Positions 61,430-64,000 of a stretch of DNA of 64,000 nt are shown here, one piece after another (the first letter of the stretch is position 1; every line of letters starts with the position of its first letter). The notes beneath the pieces were generated by a model. The model had not been told where the DNA came from. It saw only the letters and a list, made by a program, of their open reading frames with translations, and made no database searches. The stretch covers positions 496,001 to 560,000 of the forward strand of contig NC_134032.1 of the NCBI RefSeq assembly GCF_964204645.1, read 5' to 3'. Origin of the DNA: Tubulanus polymorphus. Taxonomy: Eukaryota; Animalia; Nemertea. Both the position numbers and the translations under genes were made by a program.

Positions 61430-63560
61430 TATATAGTAATGAATGATGATAATCAGATGGAGATGTACATAGAGATTGATGCCGAGATACGAGGACTCGA
61501 TACTGATAGTAACGGGTATTTGTTAGTGCTCGTGCAGAAACGTGAGAAAATATAAAAATCAGAAAAAAACAGATAGAAGAAAACATCACCGATATCCTAC
61601 CCACCGATATCCTACCCAGAGTGTCTCGATTTACGTTCCATGCTGCTCTTAAAAGTCGTTTTTCATATCAATGAATAAGGAAACGCCACTATAACCGCCG
61701 GTTATCGCTTCCGCGGGTACCGAACCCGCACGCCAACACAAACCCCGGCCGCAAAAAGTTCACCGGTCTCATTACATCACCGACGATTTCTGGGGTGGAC
61801 AGGTTCTCGCTTAGCGCCCACCAGTCTATATATCTGATCAATCAAATGCATTTTCATCGGAAAGAGGTTTGCTCTATTGATATCGCGCATCCGATTGGTT
61901 AGATATATAGACTGATTTTCATGTACTTACCGATGGTTCCATTAGGTCCATGTCCCGAAATTCCTGAACTTGGGAGACGATTTCCACATCTTACAATGAT
62001 TTCTACTTCATGATTTCTTCTGAAATATCAGAGTCCATTTTTTAATAAGACAGAATCCTTACTGTCTGTCACACCTGCTCTCCGAGCGACGTTTTGGTCC
62101 GTAATTTTGTTAATAATCGGTTTATCTCTAAATATTATGCATCAATTTGTTCAGTAAGGAATTTGCATTCAGAAATAAATCATGAAGTGGCATAGATTTG
62201 TTTGTATTTTCATCTATCAGCGATAGTATACCTAGGAATTTCGATATGCTAATGAGCAGGTGATGACGTCGCTGTAACGTTTCCGAGCGTCCGCGGAGCT
62301 GATTTTTCAGCATTACGCGAGCGTATGCCGAGTAAACTATCGCTCATAAATGAAAACAAAAACAACTTTAGTGAAAATTGTTGTTTATTTCTGAATGCGA
62401 ATTCCTCAGTGAACAAATTGATGCGTAATAAAGGTAGATAAACTAGTTATAAACGCACGGAGAGCAGGTGTGACAGACAGTAGGTAAGATAAGATAAGAT
62501 GAGATAAGATTTGCCTCCTATAAATCCATATTTGCTGCTTACACTCTTAACAAATGGTTCTTCAGGGGATTCTTCACAGAACCTACAGGTTCTTCGCAGA
62601 ACCGTTGGCCCTTTGAATTGGTTTTTCACGACTTCGAGGGGAACTTGGTCGTGTAAAAGGTTCTTTGAACCCATCATTTAGTAATGATAGACCATATTTT
62701 TTTTAATAGATTTTCCCTCTAGATTTAGAGATAGGGTCCATGTCAAAAACTCGACGAGGAGACACTGACAATTTGCAGCACTGCGTTTATAGTCTCTAAA
62801 GATTTACAAGAAGCCCTAAAAAGACACTTTCTAGAACCCTTATTTGGATATATCTTAGGTTTTTCGAAAATCCCCTAGGTTCTTCAATGAACCTTTCATT
62901 GCATAAGGGATGGTTCTTTGAGGAACCTTTGTCCGAGTGAATGGGGTTCTTTCAATGGGGTTCTGCGAAGAACTCTGTGGTCACAATATCTAGGAGTCAT
63001 ATAGAAGAGTTTAAGGAAAATAATGTAAACAGTTTGATAGATCAACTGTTTAGATGCTGACACACAAGGCCGGATGTTTGTTTACTGGTAGCGTGCGGAT
63101 TGGCTACCAACAGCTAAAGCGTAACAGATCAGTTTTATCATGGACTCTTAACTCGTTTTCAGAGTCCATGGTTTTATTAATATGAAAGATTGCAGACCAG
63201 CATTTAATCCACTGTTTCAGGATTCCAGTATGTTATCAGTGATAAACATGTTAAACTATCTGAGATTGATAACAGAGGAGCTGTTATTCCTATCAGGTAC
63301 GATGATCTGGGGACCAGCAGTTCAAAGGTTGGTTGACGATAACCTCAGCGGATAGATAACATAGTGACGATCGACTTTTAATTGTCTCTATGTCAACTAT
63401 CCACTGGTGAACCCGGGTTTGACAACTCTTGAGCAACTGGTAGTATTAGATATAATGATCACGCGCGTTAAGTGGTGGACTCTACACATCACGTCAGATA
63501 CATAAAGCGATAAGAGTAAGAAACAGCACTCACTGAGAGTCTATCATATGAACGCTATAA
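61430..63560 (+). pseudogene. Decayed tandem paralogue of the 50983-52954 gene (copy 3), split by a ~1.4-kb insertion
   Basis: 61440-61595 aligns to ~52235-52400 (ggactcgatactgatagtaacgggtattt). 63020-63560 aligns to ~52495-52950 (atcaactgtttagatgctgacacacaagg). MITE at 63315-63440. Confidence 0.75.
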
Positions 63561-64000
63561 TTTAATCCCCCCCCCCCCCGATTCAGGAGACAAAGTTTTT
63601 AAAGGAATATATGCTGCAAGAATATTGCGAATAATATATATATATATATATCAATATTGCGAATCCACTCGATTATGAATGGATTAAAACTTGTCACATG
63701 ATTACATCTGAAGACATAGATCAGTCGCGATACTTTCACATAAGATAGAGTGGAAATTCTGTCTTGAAAGCGCAAAACCTTTAAGGCAATATTCATAAAT
63801 CCTGCCGACATTCCTATAGTATCGGTATCAACCGATATCGGCGACCATATAATCAGAGTTGCTGATAAATATCATCCCAAGGCTGAAAAGCTTTCATCTC
63901 AAAAGACGACGGAATATCCATCCGTTTAAGTTTAATAAACTCACGGATATTCGATAGAAATTTTACCTGTGGAGAATTAAAAGATTTTAAAATCATTTGA

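Overview
AT-rich, repeat-dense animal genomic DNA, most likely a marine invertebrate (inferred from GT-AG introns, MITEs, a CORE-type SINE and a BEL/Pao relic). Five spliced genes were assembled by hand from splice sites and reading frames: (1) the 5' half of an SLC12A8 cation-chloride cotransporter (- strand, runs off the left edge); (2) a complete 710-aa STT3A (-); (3) a 353-aa LamG-like + PAN/apple protein (-); (4) a 179-aa LKAAEAR1 homologue (-); (5) a 575-aa protein (+) with an unassigned N-terminal domain, a coiled coil and an NHL-like propeller, followed by two decayed tandem copies. Main leads: SLC12A8 has two homologous, intact 147-nt exons encoding alternative TM8 segments (candidate mutually exclusive splicing). 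About a dozen minimal type-I hammerhead ribozyme motifs or relics occur in the window, including a 167-bp tandem retrozyme-like array. A ~900-bp inverted duplication with a near-identical core lies downstream of an orphan promoter (candidate hairpin-RNA locus). All calls are by eye; no database searches or folding programs were run.
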